Shown: positions 45,743 to 57,110 of the stretch, piece by piece
Layout: each line of letters starts with the position of its first letter
How positions within the stretch are numbered: the first letter of the stretch is position 1
NCBI GenBank assembly: GCA_031414955.1
Contig: JANOQV010000146.1
Coordinates: forward strand, 1 to 64,000
Direction: 5' to 3'
DNA from: Pedosphaera sp.
GTDB lineage: Bacteria > Verrucomicrobiota > Verrucomicrobiia > Limisphaerales > SIBH01
Length of the DNA: 64,000 nucleotides
Made by a program: the position numbers and the translations under genes
Notes under the pieces: model-generated
Told to the model about the DNA's origin: nothing
Seen by the model: the letters and a program-made list of their open reading frames with translations, nothing else
Databases searched by the model: none

Positions 45743-48700
45743 TCACTTCCAGGCGCACAATGCCTCCACGCGCGCGGCCGAGCCATCGCGCAGCCATCCG
45801 TCCAGTTGAGCCTGATCCTTGAGTTGTTGCCCGCGCCCGCGCGGCACCACGAAGTAGCGGCTTTCGATTTCGGGCAGACGCGTCATATCGCTCCAGAGCT
45901 TTTCCCACTGCGCCACCGGGAAAACATCTTCCTGCCCGTGGCCCCAGCGTTTCTTCACTTCCTTGAGGGTAATGTAGGTGGGCATCTTCGCGGCGAATTC
46001 GCGGATGGCGGCGGCGACTTTTTCCGTGTCACGCAAGTTCTCGCGGGCGAGACCGAACGCGGTGAGCAGCTTGTCGATGTGAATCCACGTCGTCATCGAA
46101 TTGTAATAGGAGAGCGCAAATTCATCCTGCTCGCGCGGCATGGCGAGACCTTCGAGGATGCGCGGGCGGCCGTTCACCCGCGCCAGGCCGCCGCCGCGGT
46201 CGTCGATGCGGCGCGTGATCATCTCAAAACTGAGACAAGCCCCTTCTTGAATGTGCAAACCGAGCAGACCGGGATCGGCGTCGGTGCCCACGGTGTCGAT
46301 GTTGTGCAGAAGCAGGTACTGCAATTGCGGTCGTTCCTCGAGCAGTCGGAGGAGCGTGCCGTTGCGGAAAAGGTTCGGCACCTCGTACCAATGGCCGACG
46401 GGGTGGAGGCATTGCAGCGGGACGTTGTCCGTGTAGTCGCCGGCTTCGCCAGTGGAGTGCGCCCAACCGAGGAGCGCGGTGCGCAAACTCTCGCGCACCT
46501 TCTGCTGCTGCTCATCGAGCCGCTGCTGCGGCATTTCCTCCCAGGCGAAGCGCAGGTCGCGCACCATGGGGACGAGTCGCAGGCCGATGGATTTGCCGGG
46601 CGAGAGCAGCAGTGGTCCTTCGTAGCTGTAGTTGTTCTCCCGTTGCAGAAAATCCAGGGTCGGTTGATGCGTGAGGTAACTCGTGGTGAAAACGTGCGGC
46701 AGTGGCGTGCCACATTCGCGGCCCACGCGGCGGCTTTTCGCGAGGTGGGTTTCGATGAAAGTGCGATGCCGTCCGCCGAGTTTGGAAAACGGATGCAGCG
46801 CCTTGACCACACCCGCGCCCTGCGTCCAGCGCGAGCCGGCGCCGGCGGCGAGAGTGACGACGGCCAGTTCGCCCGCAGCCAGCGCCTTGCGACCCAGTTC
46901 GCGAAGCTGTTTCACTCTTCCTTGATGCGATGAATCCGTGGTGTCGATCACGTCCTCGGCTTGCACGTCTTCGATGACGGCGCTGGGATGGAGCCGGTTT
47001 TGCGCCAGTCCGATGCGGGCCTCGCGCAGGTCGGTCCGAGTTTGATCGTGCTGGGTGCGATCAAATCCGAACTCATCGAGCAGGGTGCCGAGGCTCTGGC
47101 CGCTTTGCGATTCGGTTTTGCCGCGAGGCAGCATCTGATCGAAGAGCGTCTGCACCATGCCGCGCAGTTCGGGTCGGCAACGGCAGGCGGCGCCGAATTT
47201 GTCCAGTTCGGAGTGCCGCAGTGGAGAGAGCGAGCGCAGGTCGGCACGCAACAATCGCGGCACGGTGAGGGCGTAGTAGCTCGCGGGCATCAGAGCGTCA
47301 TCGCCTGCGAGTTGATCCGCGAACGTCCCGTTACCGTTGATCGCGAAATCGTACACCACCGGCTCCATGGCGAAGGGCAGGGCGGAGGAAAGCTCGCGCT
47401 TGGTCGCGGACATGATCTCCTGCAGGCGCTGCTGCGCGTGTGCCTTCTTCTCCGGATTAAAAATGAATCCCATGCCGCCACCGGACATGCCGCCGAGCAT
47501 CCAGAAACCCTGGAAGTCATGACCGAATTCCCGCGCCACCCGTTCGATGAGCAGTTCCGTGTAATAAGTGCTGGCCCAGGGAATAATCGTCTGGATGGGT
47601 TGGGTGAAATTGCGCGTGGTCGCCGCGCCGACGGCGGGAATGTCACCGCGTTTGAGCGCGCCGAGGATTTCGTCGAGGATGCCGAGCGCCTGCTGCCGCG
47701 CCTTCCATTCCGCCTCGGAGCGCAGCAGATATTTCTCGGTGACCATTTCGAGAATGGGTCCGACGTTCTGCGCCATGCCGCCGTGAACGAGCACCAGGCT
47801 GTCCTGCAACTTCTGTCGCGCCGCGTCTGAAATTTCTTCGCTGGCGAACACTTTGTGCTGTGGCATCAAGCGTCCGCGGCTGATGCCGGACTCGGGATCG
47901 CCTTCGCCGGCCAGCACGCCTTCGATCAATTTGATCCCCGGCCACACGCCGCCGCTGTCCTGCCAGCCACCGCCCGAGCCGCCGATCCATTCACCGAGGA
48001 TGGCCCGCGCGAGGACGAGGCGGCGTTCGCTTTCCGCCAGCGGCCCGGAGAGCGCCGCCGCCTGCCCGGTGGCGCGCATGCAAATGGAGATCAGGCACGC
48101 GAGCAGATTGGTCGAGACGGCGAGACGTGAACCTTTGGGGATGCTGTTGACGTTGCTGACGATTTCCAACCCGCGCCCCGGGCCGAGAATTCTTTCGAGC
48201 AACGCTTCCAAACTTTGCCCCGAACCTTCAATGCCCGGCGGCACGAGACCCGACGCGATGACGGCGGCCTTGAGCAGGCCGAGGTAATCCTTCGCGAAGT
48301 CGAAGACCTCCGAGAGATTCGAGATGTCTGCGGTCGCGCCAAGGTCCACGCTGGTCAGTCTCAGGACTGGTTCCTCGATCACGCGCAGGTAAGCCTCGAC
48401 CGGCGGGCGCGGCGCGGCGTCGCGGCCATGCACGCCTAGATCGATGGACACATTCAAGACCCGCGCGCCTTCCGGGAAATCCATGCCCAGAAAAAAGATG
48501 TCGCTCCAACCGCTGTGCGTCAGATCCATGCGCACCGGAGTTCGTTCGCGCAATATCGGATACGTGCCGTCTGGTGCTCGTTCCAAAAGCTCCCCTCGGA
48601 GGCGCAACGGTTGGTCGGCCGGATGCCCCATGCGGAACATCCATTGGTTGCCCCGGACCGAGCGCACGCTACGCCGGACCTGATCGGCCAGCGTTTGGAA

Positions 48701-49075
48701 GGCAAGCCGGTGATAGGCCTGCGCCAGAGCACTGGAGATGGCGTCGCTGGGGCCTTCGCGCTGCTGGATGGAGAGGAATTCATCGATGGCCTCCTCGAAG
48801 CGGCGTTGCAGCAAGTGCTCGTAACCGTGAAATGGAATCAGCCCGCGCTGGTTCAAGCCCGCGATACGCGGAATGTGGAAGCGATGAATGGCGTAGAGAA
48901 AGAACAGCGCCCGCACTCGTTCGTAAAGATTCTCCGAACGGCGGCGGAACTCATCCAGCGCCGTTCCTTCGGCCAGCAGTTGTACGAGCGAAACACCTTG
49001 GCAGATCGCGTCCAGCGATTGATTGCGCACCGCCGGATCGCTCGCGGTAATGATCTCCGTCAGCCGGCTGCTCAT
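45743..49075 (-). CDS. Bifunctional GHMP-family sugar kinase / UDPGP-family sugar-1-phosphate nucleotidyltransferase
   Basis: GHMP motifs [40 protein letters not shown]-family motifs [29 protein letters not shown]. Confidence 0.8.
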   Translation of the reverse strand: MSSRLTEIITASDPAVRNQSLDAICQGVSLVQLLAEGTALDEFRRRSENLYERVRALFFLYAIHRFHIPRIAGLNQRGLIPFHGYEHLLQRRFEEAIDEFLSIQQREGPSDAISSALAQAYHRLAFQTLADQVRRSVRSVRGNQWMFRMGHPADQPLRLRGELLERAPDGTYPILRERTPVRMDLTHSGWSDIFFLGMDFPEGARVLNVSIDLGVHGRDAAPRPPVEAYLRVIEEPVLRLTSVDLGATADISNLSEVFDFAKDYLGLLKAAVIASGLVPPGIEGSGQSLEALLERILGPGRGLEIVSNVNSIPKGSRLAVSTNLLACLISICMRATGQAAALSGPLAESERRLVLARAILGEWIGGSGGGWQDSGGVWPGIKLIEGVLAGEGDPESGISRGRLMPQHKVFASEEISDAARQKLQDSLVLVHGGMAQNVGPILEMVTEKYLLRSEAEWKARQQALGILDEILGALKRGDIPAVGAATTRNFTQPIQTIIPWASTYYTELLIERVAREFGHDFQGFWMLGGMSGGGMGFIFNPEKKAHAQQRLQEIMSATKRELSSALPFAMEPVVYDFAINGNGTFADQLAGDDALMPASYYALTVPRLLRADLRSLSPLRHSELDKFGAACRCRPELRGMVQTLFDQMLPRGKTESQSGQSLGTLLDEFGFDRTQHDQTRTDLREARIGLAQNRLHPSAVIEDVQAEDVIDTTDSSHQGRVKQLRELGRKALAAGELAVVTLAAGAGSRWTQGAGVVKALHPFSKLGGRHRTFIETHLAKSRRVGRECGTPLPHVFTTSYLTHQPTLDFLQRENNYSYEGPLLLSPGKSIGLRLVPMVRDLRFAWEEMPQQRLDEQQQKVRESLRTALLGWAHSTGEAGDYTDNVPLQCLHPVGHWYEVPNLFRNGTLLRLLEERPQLQYLLLHNIDTVGTDADPGLLGLHIQEGACLSFEMITRRIDDRGGGLARVNGRPRILEGLAMPREQDEFALSYYNSMTTWIHIDKLLTAFGLARENLRDTEKVAAAIREFAAKMPTYITLKEVKKRWGHGQEDVFPVAQWEKLWSDMTRLPEIESRYFVVPRGRGQQLKDQAQLDGWLRDGSAARVEALCAWK

Positions 49076-49917
49076 TTCGTCCCTTTTAAGGCGAGCAACT
49101 CCACGATGCCGCTGAGCACCTCGTCCCGACCAGGCCCGTCGAGCGCGAGAGCGAGTTGGGCGGTGAGCAGTCCGTACTTCAAGCCCACGTCGTAACGATG
49201 CCCGGCCACTTCATAGGCCAGATACCGTTCGTGCGCGGCGAGGCGGGACAGGGCGGTGGTCAGGTGAGCGCCCGTGGCCAGGCCTTCGCCCACCAAATCA
49301 CCCAACGACTCCATGACGGCCGGGGTGAGAACGTGCATTCCAAAAAAGCAGAGGTAATGACCCGCCCGCAAACCTGGCACGATAATCTGCTGTTCCGCCT
49401 GGGTTGGGGTCGGTTTCTCCAGCACTTCGTCAACCTCGTACAGCGCGTGGGCGCCGGTCACGAGTTTGCCGCCCACGGCACCGTAAAACGGCAGCTTGCT
49501 CTCGTGGGTGGCTTGCACGGCGGAGACGGCGCACTTCTGTTCGCGCGCCGTTTCCACCAACTGCTGCGCGCAGCCTTGGGCGTTCCGGCTGACGTAAAGA
49601 TGATCGCCGACCAGCAGCAGAAACGGACTGCCGACCGTGAAAGCCTTGGCGCAATGCACCGCGTGGCCATAGCCGAGCGGTTGCGTCTGCTCCACGAACG
49701 TCAGCCGCGCCGCATGGGCGCCGGCGGCGGACTCGTAAGCCTGCTGGTCGCCCGGCGAAATAACCACGGCGATCTCGTCGATGCCGGCGCGCACTACTTC
49801 GTCGATGATGATTTGCAACGCGGTCCGAGTTGTGCCGTCACGATCCACGAGTGATTGCAGCGGCAGGGTGCGCTGGTTCTTGCCTGCGGCGGTGATGATC
49901 GCCTTTTTGATTTCCAT
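49072..49917 (-). CDS. GalU-like sugar-phosphate nucleotidyltransferase
   Basis: [39 protein letters not shown]; 4-nt overlap with the downstream fusion gene. Confidence 0.85.
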   Translation of the reverse strand: MEIKKAIITAAGKNQRTLPLQSLVDRDGTTRTALQIIIDEVVRAGIDEIAVVISPGDQQAYESAAGAHAARLTFVEQTQPLGYGHAVHCAKAFTVGSPFLLLVGDHLYVSRNAQGCAQQLVETAREQKCAVSAVQATHESKLPFYGAVGGKLVTGAHALYEVDEVLEKPTPTQAEQQIIVPGLRAGHYLCFFGMHVLTPAVMESLGDLVGEGLATGAHLTTALSRLAAHERYLAYEVAGHRYDVGLKYGLLTAQLALALDGPGRDEVLSGIVELLALKGTK

Positions 49918-50131
49918 AAACCGGGGCGAGCCTCACAAAACCTCACCGCCTCGTCAAACCAACCATTCGGCGGCTGCTTGCTTTGACCGACATACGTCCG
50001 GCGAACCATGTCGGTCACTCTCTTGGTTGAACCTCGGTCAGTGCCCCCACCCGAGGCTGCTTCCCGGTCCGGTCGCCTCATCCCGCGTCGCCCTCTTGAC
50101 CGCGCCGGGCCACATGGCGAAGGTTCGCCGA

Positions 50132-51004
50132 ATGGAACCGCAAACTCCGCCGCCGCTGCCGCCGTCCCCAGCCTTGCCCCCGATGCGCTACGGGCCAGCG
50201 CCCACCAGCGCCTGGAAGTCGTTCAAGAAATTCGTCGGCCCGGTTGGCTTGGGATTGTTTTTGTTGGTGAAGTGGTTCGGCAAGCTCAAGCTGCTGATTC
50301 CGGCCCTGAAGTTCCTGCCGGCGGTGCTCAAGACCGGCGGCTCCATGATTCTGACCATCGGAGTTTACACGATGGTTTACGGAGCGTGGTTTGCCGTCGG
50401 CTTCGTGCTCCTGATTTTCATCCACGAGTGCGGACATCTGGTCGCGGCGAGGAGGCTGGGACTGAAAGTGGGCGCGCCGGTCTTCATCCCGTTCATGGGT
50501 GCCTTCATCGCGTTAAAGGATGCGCCCAAGAATGCGTGGATCGAGGCCCAGGTCGGCATCGGCGGACCGCTCTTTGGCGCGGCCGGAGCGGTGGTCTGCC
50601 ACGGACTCTATCTTGCCACCGGCACTCCGATGTTCCTGGCCCTGGCCTATTCGGGCTACTTGTTGAACCTTTTTAATCTGGCCCCGGTGGGTTTCCTCGA
50701 CGGGGGTCGCATCGCCACCGCGCTTTCACCGTGGCTCTGGATCGTGGGCACGGCCTTGATGGTTGTGCTGCTGGTCAAGCACTTCAATCCGATCCTGCTG
50801 CTGGTGCTGATCATGTCCGTGCCGCGCCTGATCTCGCTCTTTCGCAAACGGACTGAGGAGGAAAAACGCTTCTACGAGGTCACGCCCGGCCAGCGCGGTT
50901 TCATGGCTGCACTCTACTTTGGCCTGGCCGGCGCGCTCGCGCTGGGTATGAAGATGATCTATGACTCGGGCCTCACCTCGACCCACGCCCCTTCACAGCA
51001 CTAG
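50132..51004 (+). CDS. Site-2 protease (M50) family membrane metalloprotease
   Basis: HECGH, FIPFMGA, GGP, NLFNLAP..FLDGGR. Confidence 0.9.
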   Translation: MEPQTPPPLPPSPALPPMRYGPAPTSAWKSFKKFVGPVGLGLFLLVKWFGKLKLLIPALKFLPAVLKTGGSMILTIGVYTMVYGAWFAVGFVLLIFIHECGHLVAARRLGLKVGAPVFIPFMGAFIALKDAPKNAWIEAQVGIGGPLFGAAGAVVCHGLYLATGTPMFLALAYSGYLLNLFNLAPVGFLDGGRIATALSPWLWIVGTALMVVLLVKHFNPILLLVLIMSVPRLISLFRKRTEEEKRFYEVTPGQRGFMAALYFGLAGALALGMKMIYDSGLTSTHAPSQH

Positions 51005-51364
51005 CCGGTAGCCGTTCCGGTAAACCGTCTGGAGAAAGCGCGGCCGCTCCGGGTCCGGCTCAATCTTCTTGCGCAGCGTGGCCATGGTCTGGTCCACCGT
51101 GCGGGTGAACAGGTCGGCGTGATAATCCCAGACCCGCCGGAGCAACTCCTGCCGGGTAAACGTCACCCTGGCGTGCGCATAAAGGTGGAGCAACAGTTCC
51201 AATTCCTTGGGCCGCAACTGAAACTCGCCCGCCGCACTGCGCACCCGCCCTGTGCGCGGATGCACTTCCACCGGCCCGACCCGGAAGGATTCGGGTGCCA
51301 CTTTCGGCCCGGCCTGCTTCCTCAGTTTCGAACTCCATTCGATGCTTTCGTTAAACGCCACCAT
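50993..51364 (-). CDS. Stand-alone OmpR/PhoB-type winged-helix DNA-binding protein
   Basis: LRPKELELL..L, R.ELL..VW, TRTVD....LRKKIE.DP..P..LQTV...GYRL; no receiver domain; start uncertain. Confidence 0.75.
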   Translation of the reverse strand: MVAFNESIEWSSKLRKQAGPKVAPESFRVGPVEVHPRTGRVRSAAGEFQLRPKELELLLHLYAHARVTFTRQELLRRVWDYHADLFTRTVDQTMATLRKKIEPDPERPRFLQTVYRNGYRLVL

Positions 51365-51797
51365 ACGCTTTTCGCTGCCTCTCTTGTTGATTGTTACCCG
51401 GCCGTCCTGGCTGCGGGCGGCGGCCCCGCCTGCTTTTCCGCCTCCTGGCCGGTCATTGAACGCCAGCGCACCGCAGAAGTTGCTTCCGGCACTCCCCGGA
51501 AATTGCTGCGCGCCCGGCAAGTTCTGTTTCATGGACGGAGTATTTCGACCAATGCTCCCACTATGGGGCAGCGGTTTGTAAAATCTCCGTCTGGAATTTA
51601 CCTGGAGTTGCAGATGACCGGCCCCTTCTGAGTGGACTGCCCGCCATCTGCTCAAGAACTCGCGCGGGAAGGCCAAGACCGAACCACTCATGGGTTGAAA
51701 GTGGCGGTTGCGTTCCGCCCTCCGGCTCGCGTTGGGACTTCGACCGCAAGGATCAGATTGCGTTCAAACAATGTGGCGGAAGGCCCTTAACTGAGCG

Positions 51798-51845
51798 CCG
51801 TTCTTGACCTCTTTTTGACCCCTTTTCTTTCTGACCCCTTTCCGA
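51798..51845. repeat. Short tandem TGACCCCTTT-type motifs (REP-like)
   Basis: ttgacctctttt-tgacccctttt-tctgacccctttcc. Confidence 0.5.
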
Positions 51846-51990
51846 ACTGCGCGTAGAAAATCCGAGGACGTGGTGGAAGACGCCGAGCAAACCGCCGGGC
51901 TGGTGGTGGTGGTTGATTGAGGTGGAGGTTGGATCGCGAACCAGCCCGGCGGCTTGCTGGCCTGGCCGCGGGTCGGCACACTCGCGACCA

Positions 51991-53085
51991 ATGACTGCTC
52001 CGCTGACCCGCGCCGCGATTGCCGAGGGCTTGCCGGCCGGCCTGCATCCGGGCGCCCAGCTCTACGCCTCACGTAACGGCCAAGTCGTGATTGACGAAGC
52101 CTTCGGTGCGGCGCGCGCAGGCGTGCCGATGGAGCGCGACTCGATCATGCTCTGGTTCTCGGCGGGCAAACCTCTCACGGCGGCGGCCATTGGGCAGTTG
52201 GTGGAGCGTGGCGCGTTGCAGTGGACGACGCACGTTACGGAGGTCATCCCGGAGTTCGCGCCGCAAGCCAAGGAAGCCATCACGCTCCGCCATCTGCTCA
52301 CGCACACGGCGGGTTTGCGCCACGCCGACGACCTCGACAAGACGCTGACGTGGGACGAACGCACGGCGCGCATCTGCGAACTGGCGTTGGAGGATAATTG
52401 GATTCCCGGAAAGCGTGCTGGCTATCATGCCTCGGGCACCTGGCATCTGCTCGGCGAAATCGTCCGGCGGGTCGATGGCCGCGACCTCAATGCCTTTACC
52501 CGCGAAAGCATCCTCCGTCCTCTGGGTCTTCATTCGTCCGTGCTGGCCCGGACCCCGGCCGAAGTGGCGTCGCTTGGAAATCGTGTCGCGCACATTTACG
52601 ACACGAGCGATGGCGCGGCGCGGTCCAAGACCGGCTGGAACAGCGTGGAGGGAATGACCAGTTGCCGGCCCGGCGGCACGGCCCGCGGTCCAATCAGCGA
52701 ACTGGGACGTTTCTACGAAGCCCTGCTGCAGGGCGGCAAGAACATCCTGCGCCCCGAGACGGTTGCCACGATGACTTCGCGCCAGCGGGAGGGAATGTTC
52801 GACGAGACCTTCCAGTTCAAGACGGACTGCGGCTTTGGTTTCATCCTCAACTCGAACCACGACAGCTTCCAGATGCCTTACGGCTACGGACGCCACGCCT
52901 CGCGCGAAACCTTCGGCCACAGCGGCAATCAATGTTCCTGCGCCTTTGCCGATCCGAGGCACCAACTCGTGGTCGCCTGGGCCTGCAGCGGACTGCCTGG
53001 CGAACGGCATCACCAGCGCCGCCAGCGCGCCATCAACAACGCCATTTACGAAGACCTGGGGCTTGCGGGAAAGACCTGCCCATGA
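51991..53085 (+). CDS. Serine hydrolase, beta-lactamase/class C-like family
   Basis: FSAGK (SxxK), LRHLLTHTAG, PG...GYH, FGHSG. Confidence 0.88.
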   Translation: MTAPLTRAAIAEGLPAGLHPGAQLYASRNGQVVIDEAFGAARAGVPMERDSIMLWFSAGKPLTAAAIGQLVERGALQWTTHVTEVIPEFAPQAKEAITLRHLLTHTAGLRHADDLDKTLTWDERTARICELALEDNWIPGKRAGYHASGTWHLLGEIVRRVDGRDLNAFTRESILRPLGLHSSVLARTPAEVASLGNRVAHIYDTSDGAARSKTGWNSVEGMTSCRPGGTARGPISELGRFYEALLQGGKNILRPETVATMTSRQREGMFDETFQFKTDCGFGFILNSNHDSFQMPYGYGRHASRETFGHSGNQCSCAFADPRHQLVVAWACSGLPGERHHQRRQRAINNAIYEDLGLAGKTCP

Positions 53086-53242
53086 AATCGAGTGCCACTG
53101 GTCCTGGCCTTGAAAGGCACGCGGTGCGCCGGGCAGGCGCGGGCCGGGCTTCAAGAGTGAGGTCCAACTGCCCTGGATGAAATCGACTCCTCAAAAACCG
53201 CCCCTTGAACATCCGACGCCGAACGGGAAACATCGGTCCAGC

Positions 53243-54244
53243 ATGATTCGCTCGTTCGCTTTCACCACCCAGGGCAAGTTGCACAGCTCGGACCTGGAGC
53301 GATTCCTCATGCCCACGCTGCTCAGTGACACCAATCTGTTTCTCTGGATCGATTTGGAAACTCCCACGCCCGAGGACACCAAGTTCTTTCTGGAAGGGTT
53401 GTTCCACTTCCATCCGCTCTCCATCGAAGATTGCGTCAAAGAGTGCCAGTCGCCCAAAGTCGAGGAGTACACGCCCAAGGAGGAGGACAAGTTCGCGCCC
53501 TATCTGTTCATGGTCATTCACGCCGTGGATTACAGTCGCAAGGATTCCGTGTTCGGCACCCGGGAGCTGGATTTCTTCCTCGGGAAGAATTTCCTCGTGA
53601 CCTATCACACCGGTCCATTGAAGAGTGTTTCCCAGGTCGAGGAGATGTGCGTGAAAGGCTCGTTGGGCGTGGCCCGCGCGCCGGATCGCGTCGCGCAGAA
53701 GCTGCTCGACAACCTGGTGGAGAATTACAAGCCCGCGCTCGAGGAGCTTTCCCTCGAAATCGCCGAGTTGGAGACCAACGCGCTGGAGCATCCGACCAAG
53801 GAAACTTTGAACCGCATCCTCACGGTGAAGAAGGAGGTCTTCCATCTGCGCCGCATCATCGGACCGCAGAGCGAAGTGCTGGCCCGGTTCGCGCGCGGCG
53901 AGTTCAAGCTCATCCGTCCGCATCTCGTGCCGTACTACCGCAATGTCTATGATGCTCTCTTCCACATCTCCGAGATGGCGCAGAACTACGCCGACTCGCT
54001 GACCGGCATCCTCCAAGTCTATCTGAACATGTCCTCGAACAAGACGGGGCAAATCATGAAGACCCTGACGCTGATCACCATCTTGTCCACGCCCGCCACC
54101 ATCATCGCCAGTTGGTATGGCATGAACTTCAAGCACGACATGGTCGAACTGGACTGGATGCACGGCTACGCCTTCGCCTTCGCCGTCACGGCCCTCAGCA
54201 CCCTGGCCACTTGGTGGTTTGTGAAGAAGCGGAACTGGTTCTGA
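53243..54244 (+). CDS. corA: CorA-family Mg2+/Co2+ transporter
   Basis: FHPLSIED, PKVEEY, MKTLT, YGMNF signature and two C-terminal TMs. Confidence 0.93.
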   Translation: MIRSFAFTTQGKLHSSDLERFLMPTLLSDTNLFLWIDLETPTPEDTKFFLEGLFHFHPLSIEDCVKECQSPKVEEYTPKEEDKFAPYLFMVIHAVDYSRKDSVFGTRELDFFLGKNFLVTYHTGPLKSVSQVEEMCVKGSLGVARAPDRVAQKLLDNLVENYKPALEELSLEIAELETNALEHPTKETLNRILTVKKEVFHLRRIIGPQSEVLARFARGEFKLIRPHLVPYYRNVYDALFHISEMAQNYADSLTGILQVYLNMSSNKTGQIMKTLTLITILSTPATIIASWYGMNFKHDMVELDWMHGYAFAFAVTALSTLATWWFVKKRNWF

Positions 54245-54346
54245 AAATGCCGAACGCACAATGCCGAATGTCGAATGAGGCCCGCGCTCGAACCCGTTCC
54301 GCGCGCGGCGGCGGCCGCCAGTCCTTCGTCATTTCCCCCCTGACGC

Positions 54347-55588
54347 GTGGCCAGTAAAAGCAACTTCCTCGACAAGGTTCTCGGTCGCCTGCCGCGGCTC
54401 GACAAGGAGGGGCTGCAAACGGTCGTCGAGCGTCTGGCCCACGAGCGCGCTTTTCTGGAGACGCTCTTCAACACCATCGAGGACGGGGTGCTGGTGGTGG
54501 ATGAGGACGGTCGCGTGGCCTACTTCAATGACGCGGCCACCCGCTTGCTTGGATTGCCCGAAGCGGCGGAGGGGCAGCTCATTTCCCGCTTCCTGCCCGA
54601 ACTGGATTGGGAGCGGGTCGCGGCCATGGATCGCGCCGGCGGCCAGCGCGTGGCGCGGCACGAATTCGAGATTCATTACCCGCGCCCGCGTTTTCTCAAT
54701 GTCTATGCCGCGCCGCTCGACTCGGAGCACCGTGGCGGCAGCGGCGTGGCGCTCATCCTGCACGACGCCACCGAAGCGCGCGAAAAAACCTTCGCCGCCA
54801 TCGAGAGTGAACGCAGCCAGGCTTTGACCCTGCTCGCCGCGAGCGTGGCGCACGAGATTGGCAATCCGCTCAACGCGCTGAGCATTCACCTGCAACTCCT
54901 CGAGCGCGAAGCGAAGAAGCTCAAACAGCTCGTGCCCGAGATTCGTGGCGGTGCCCGTGGAGCCAAGGCCGCAGCCCAGACCGGGGCCGACGCCATGGAG
55001 ATCGCCCTCAAGGCCGAGCGCTACCTCGGCGTGGCCAAGGGCGAGATCAACCGCCTCGATTACATCGTGACCCAGTTTCTCCAGGCCATTCGCCCCGCGC
55101 CGCTCCAGGTAAAACCCGCTTCGCTGAACGACGTGGTGCGCGAGACGCTGGAACTGCTCCGTCCCGAGATCGAAAATCGCGGCGTGCGCGTGGAGGAAAA
55201 ACTCTTCAAGAAGTTGCCCCTCGCGCCCATCGACGCCGCGCAGATCAAGCAAGTGCTGGTCAATCTTTGCAAAAACGCGCTGCAAGCCATGACCCGTGAC
55301 GGCGTGCTCACGCTTGGCACCGAGAGCCGCGACGGCGGCGTGGGCCTGCTGGTCAGCGACACCGGCGGCGGCATTCCGCAAGACATGCTCAACCGGATCT
55401 TCGAGCCTTTCTACACCACCAAGAAGAAGGGCAGCGGGCTGGGCTTGATGATCGTACAGCGCATCGTGCGCGACCACGGCGGGCGCATCCAATTGGAAAG
55501 CAACGTGGGGCAGGGAACCACCTTCCGCATCTGGTTTCCCACCGGCCCGCGCCACCTGCCCTTGCTCGGCGAACCGGCCGCAGCTTGA
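54347..55588 (+). CDS. Cytoplasmic PAS-domain sensor histidine kinase (NtrB-like)
   Basis: PAS (DGVLVVD..G...FN.AA), H-box AHEIGNPL, QVLVNL.KNA, DTGGGI, FEPFYTTK..GSGLGL. Confidence 0.92.
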   Translation: MASKSNFLDKVLGRLPRLDKEGLQTVVERLAHERAFLETLFNTIEDGVLVVDEDGRVAYFNDAATRLLGLPEAAEGQLISRFLPELDWERVAAMDRAGGQRVARHEFEIHYPRPRFLNVYAAPLDSEHRGGSGVALILHDATEAREKTFAAIESERSQALTLLAASVAHEIGNPLNALSIHLQLLEREAKKLKQLVPEIRGGARGAKAAAQTGADAMEIALKAERYLGVAKGEINRLDYIVTQFLQAIRPAPLQVKPASLNDVVRETLELLRPEIENRGVRVEEKLFKKLPLAPIDAAQIKQVLVNLCKNALQAMTRDGVLTLGTESRDGGVGLLVSDTGGGIPQDMLNRIFEPFYTTKKKGSGLGLMIVQRIVRDHGGRIQLESNVGQGTTFRIWFPTGPRHLPLLGEPAAA

Positions 55589-55883
55589 GGGTGTGATTCA
55601 GGATCAGCCGTCGTTGGAATCAATCCGTCCCCGCCGGTAAAACTGCGGGCCGGTTTCCTCGGGATTCTGCATTTCGTGGGCGTGGTGGTTGGTCTCAGTC
55701 GGCTCGAAGGTTCCCACGCCAAAACCTGCCGTCAGATCTATCGAGTCGTCGAGCCGGGGCTTGCGCTAGGAATCCGGCCAGGAGAAAGCCAACCCCTCGG
55801 TTGTGCGCGCGAGGCTTGCCCTGCCAGGTGCCGGAATCGGGATCGCCTCTACTGACGGAAGAGGTAGTGCGAGCCGGGCACGT

Positions 55884-56264
55884 TCACCGGGTCACTCGAT
55901 TGGTCATGGGGCTGCGCTGGGGTTGAGCTGCGGCCAGGGCCCGGGCCACGGCATCAAGAGAAGTTCGGACTCCAGGCCGGGCCAGCATTTTAGTCTTTTG
56001 TTCCAGGGCCAGGATTTCTCCGAGTACGGTCTGGCGCAATTTTCGGTCGCTCAGGCCTTTGGCTGACTTTTTCCAGTCCTGCAATCGCGCCCAGAGTTGA
56101 TCCGGCCAGTCAGCCATTTCCAGGGCCTGTTCAGCGTGTTGCCGATGGGTTTCCATTTCGATGAGCAACTGTCGCTGTTGCTGTCGCGTTCGGACGAACG
56201 CCGCCGCTCCGAGCGCGAGCAGCAGCGCAGCGGCCAGGATCCAGAGACGGCGCGGCAAAGGCAT
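55884..56264 (-). CDS. Small membrane-anchored hypothetical protein downstream of the ECF sigma factor
   Basis: N-terminal hydrophobic segment followed by a helical region; co-oriented with the ECF gene. Confidence 0.55.
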   Translation of the reverse strand: MPLPRRLWILAAALLLALGAAAFVRTRQQQRQLLIEMETHRQHAEQALEMADWPDQLWARLQDWKKSAKGLSDRKLRQTVLGEILALEQKTKMLARPGVRTSLDAVARALAAAQPQRSPMTNRVTR

Positions 56265-56378
56265 GGGTCTTGTTTATCGCGAACCAACTGGAGAGTCACT
56301 GGTGAAAAAACGCCACTGACGGGTGGCGGCGGGGATTGGCCCCTGCTGCCCCGGAGCCTGTGCCCGGTGGCGCCCGAC

Positions 56379-56945
56379 CTACCGTTCTTTGCGAATCTCG
56401 CGCTGCAACCACGCGCGGGCGTAAGTCCAGATGCGTTCGGCACTGCGCGGCGCCATGTCCAGCGCGGCGGCGGCTTCCTCCATGGTCATGCCGACGAAGT
56501 AGCGCAGCTTGACCAACTCGGCCACGGGCTTGTCTTCGAGGGTAAGTTTTTCCAAGGCGTCGTTCACGGCCAGCAATTCGTCCGGCGGCGCGCTGAGGAT
56601 GAGTGCGTCCTCGTTCAGTTCCTCGCGCACGAATTCGCCACCCCGTTTCAGGCTCTGCTTGCGCCGCGCGTGCTCGACGAGAATACGCCGCATGGCTTCG
56701 GCCGCCGCCGCGAAGAAGTAGGCTCGGCTCGGCCAGGACTTTTGATCCCCGCCCACCAGGCGCAGCCAGGCCTCATGCACGAGCGCGGTAGGCTGGAGGG
56801 TGTGGCCCGAGGATTCGCCCGCCATCTTGCGGCCCGCGATCTGGCGCAGCTCGCGGTAAAGCAACGGGAGCAGCTCCTCGGCCGCCTGCGTATGGCCGCT
56901 CTGAACGGCGTTCAAAATCATCGTTACTTCGTGTGACTCGGTCAT
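56379..56945 (-). CDS. ECF sigma factor, planctomycete/verrucomicrobial STK-associated type (TIGR02999-like)
   Basis: VT.IL.., LLPL.Y.ELR..A, HTLQPTALVHEAWLRL, FFAAAAEAMRRILVE.AR.K...KRGG, VKLRYF.G, W.YARAWL. Confidence 0.93.
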   Translation of the reverse strand: MTESHEVTMILNAVQSGHTQAAEELLPLLYRELRQIAGRKMAGESSGHTLQPTALVHEAWLRLVGGDQKSWPSRAYFFAAAAEAMRRILVEHARRKQSLKRGGEFVREELNEDALILSAPPDELLAVNDALEKLTLEDKPVAELVKLRYFVGMTMEEAAAALDMAPRSAERIWTYARAWLQREIRKER

Positions 56946-57110
56946 GCGGATGATTGAGCGGACGGTGCGGTCTCCTCGTTCATCGGCCTGAGCGAATCAT
57001 GGACGAGAGCGGCAAGGCAATGGTTTGTTGGCCGGAACAGGGGACGCCCCGCCGCGCCGGCTCCAGGACGCGAGTCTTTGGCCCAAGCGGGCCCGGCCAG
57101 GCGCGGCCGG

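Noticed and set aside
45743..49917. Sugar genes as enediyne deoxysugar tailoring genes
   Set aside because: They look like salvage or housekeeping nucleotidyltransferases; no dehydratase, aminotransferase or glycosyltransferase accompanies them.
51991..53085. Antibiotic-resistance beta-lactamase
   Set aside because: No signal peptide, and the motifs fit the broad esterase/serine hydrolase branch.
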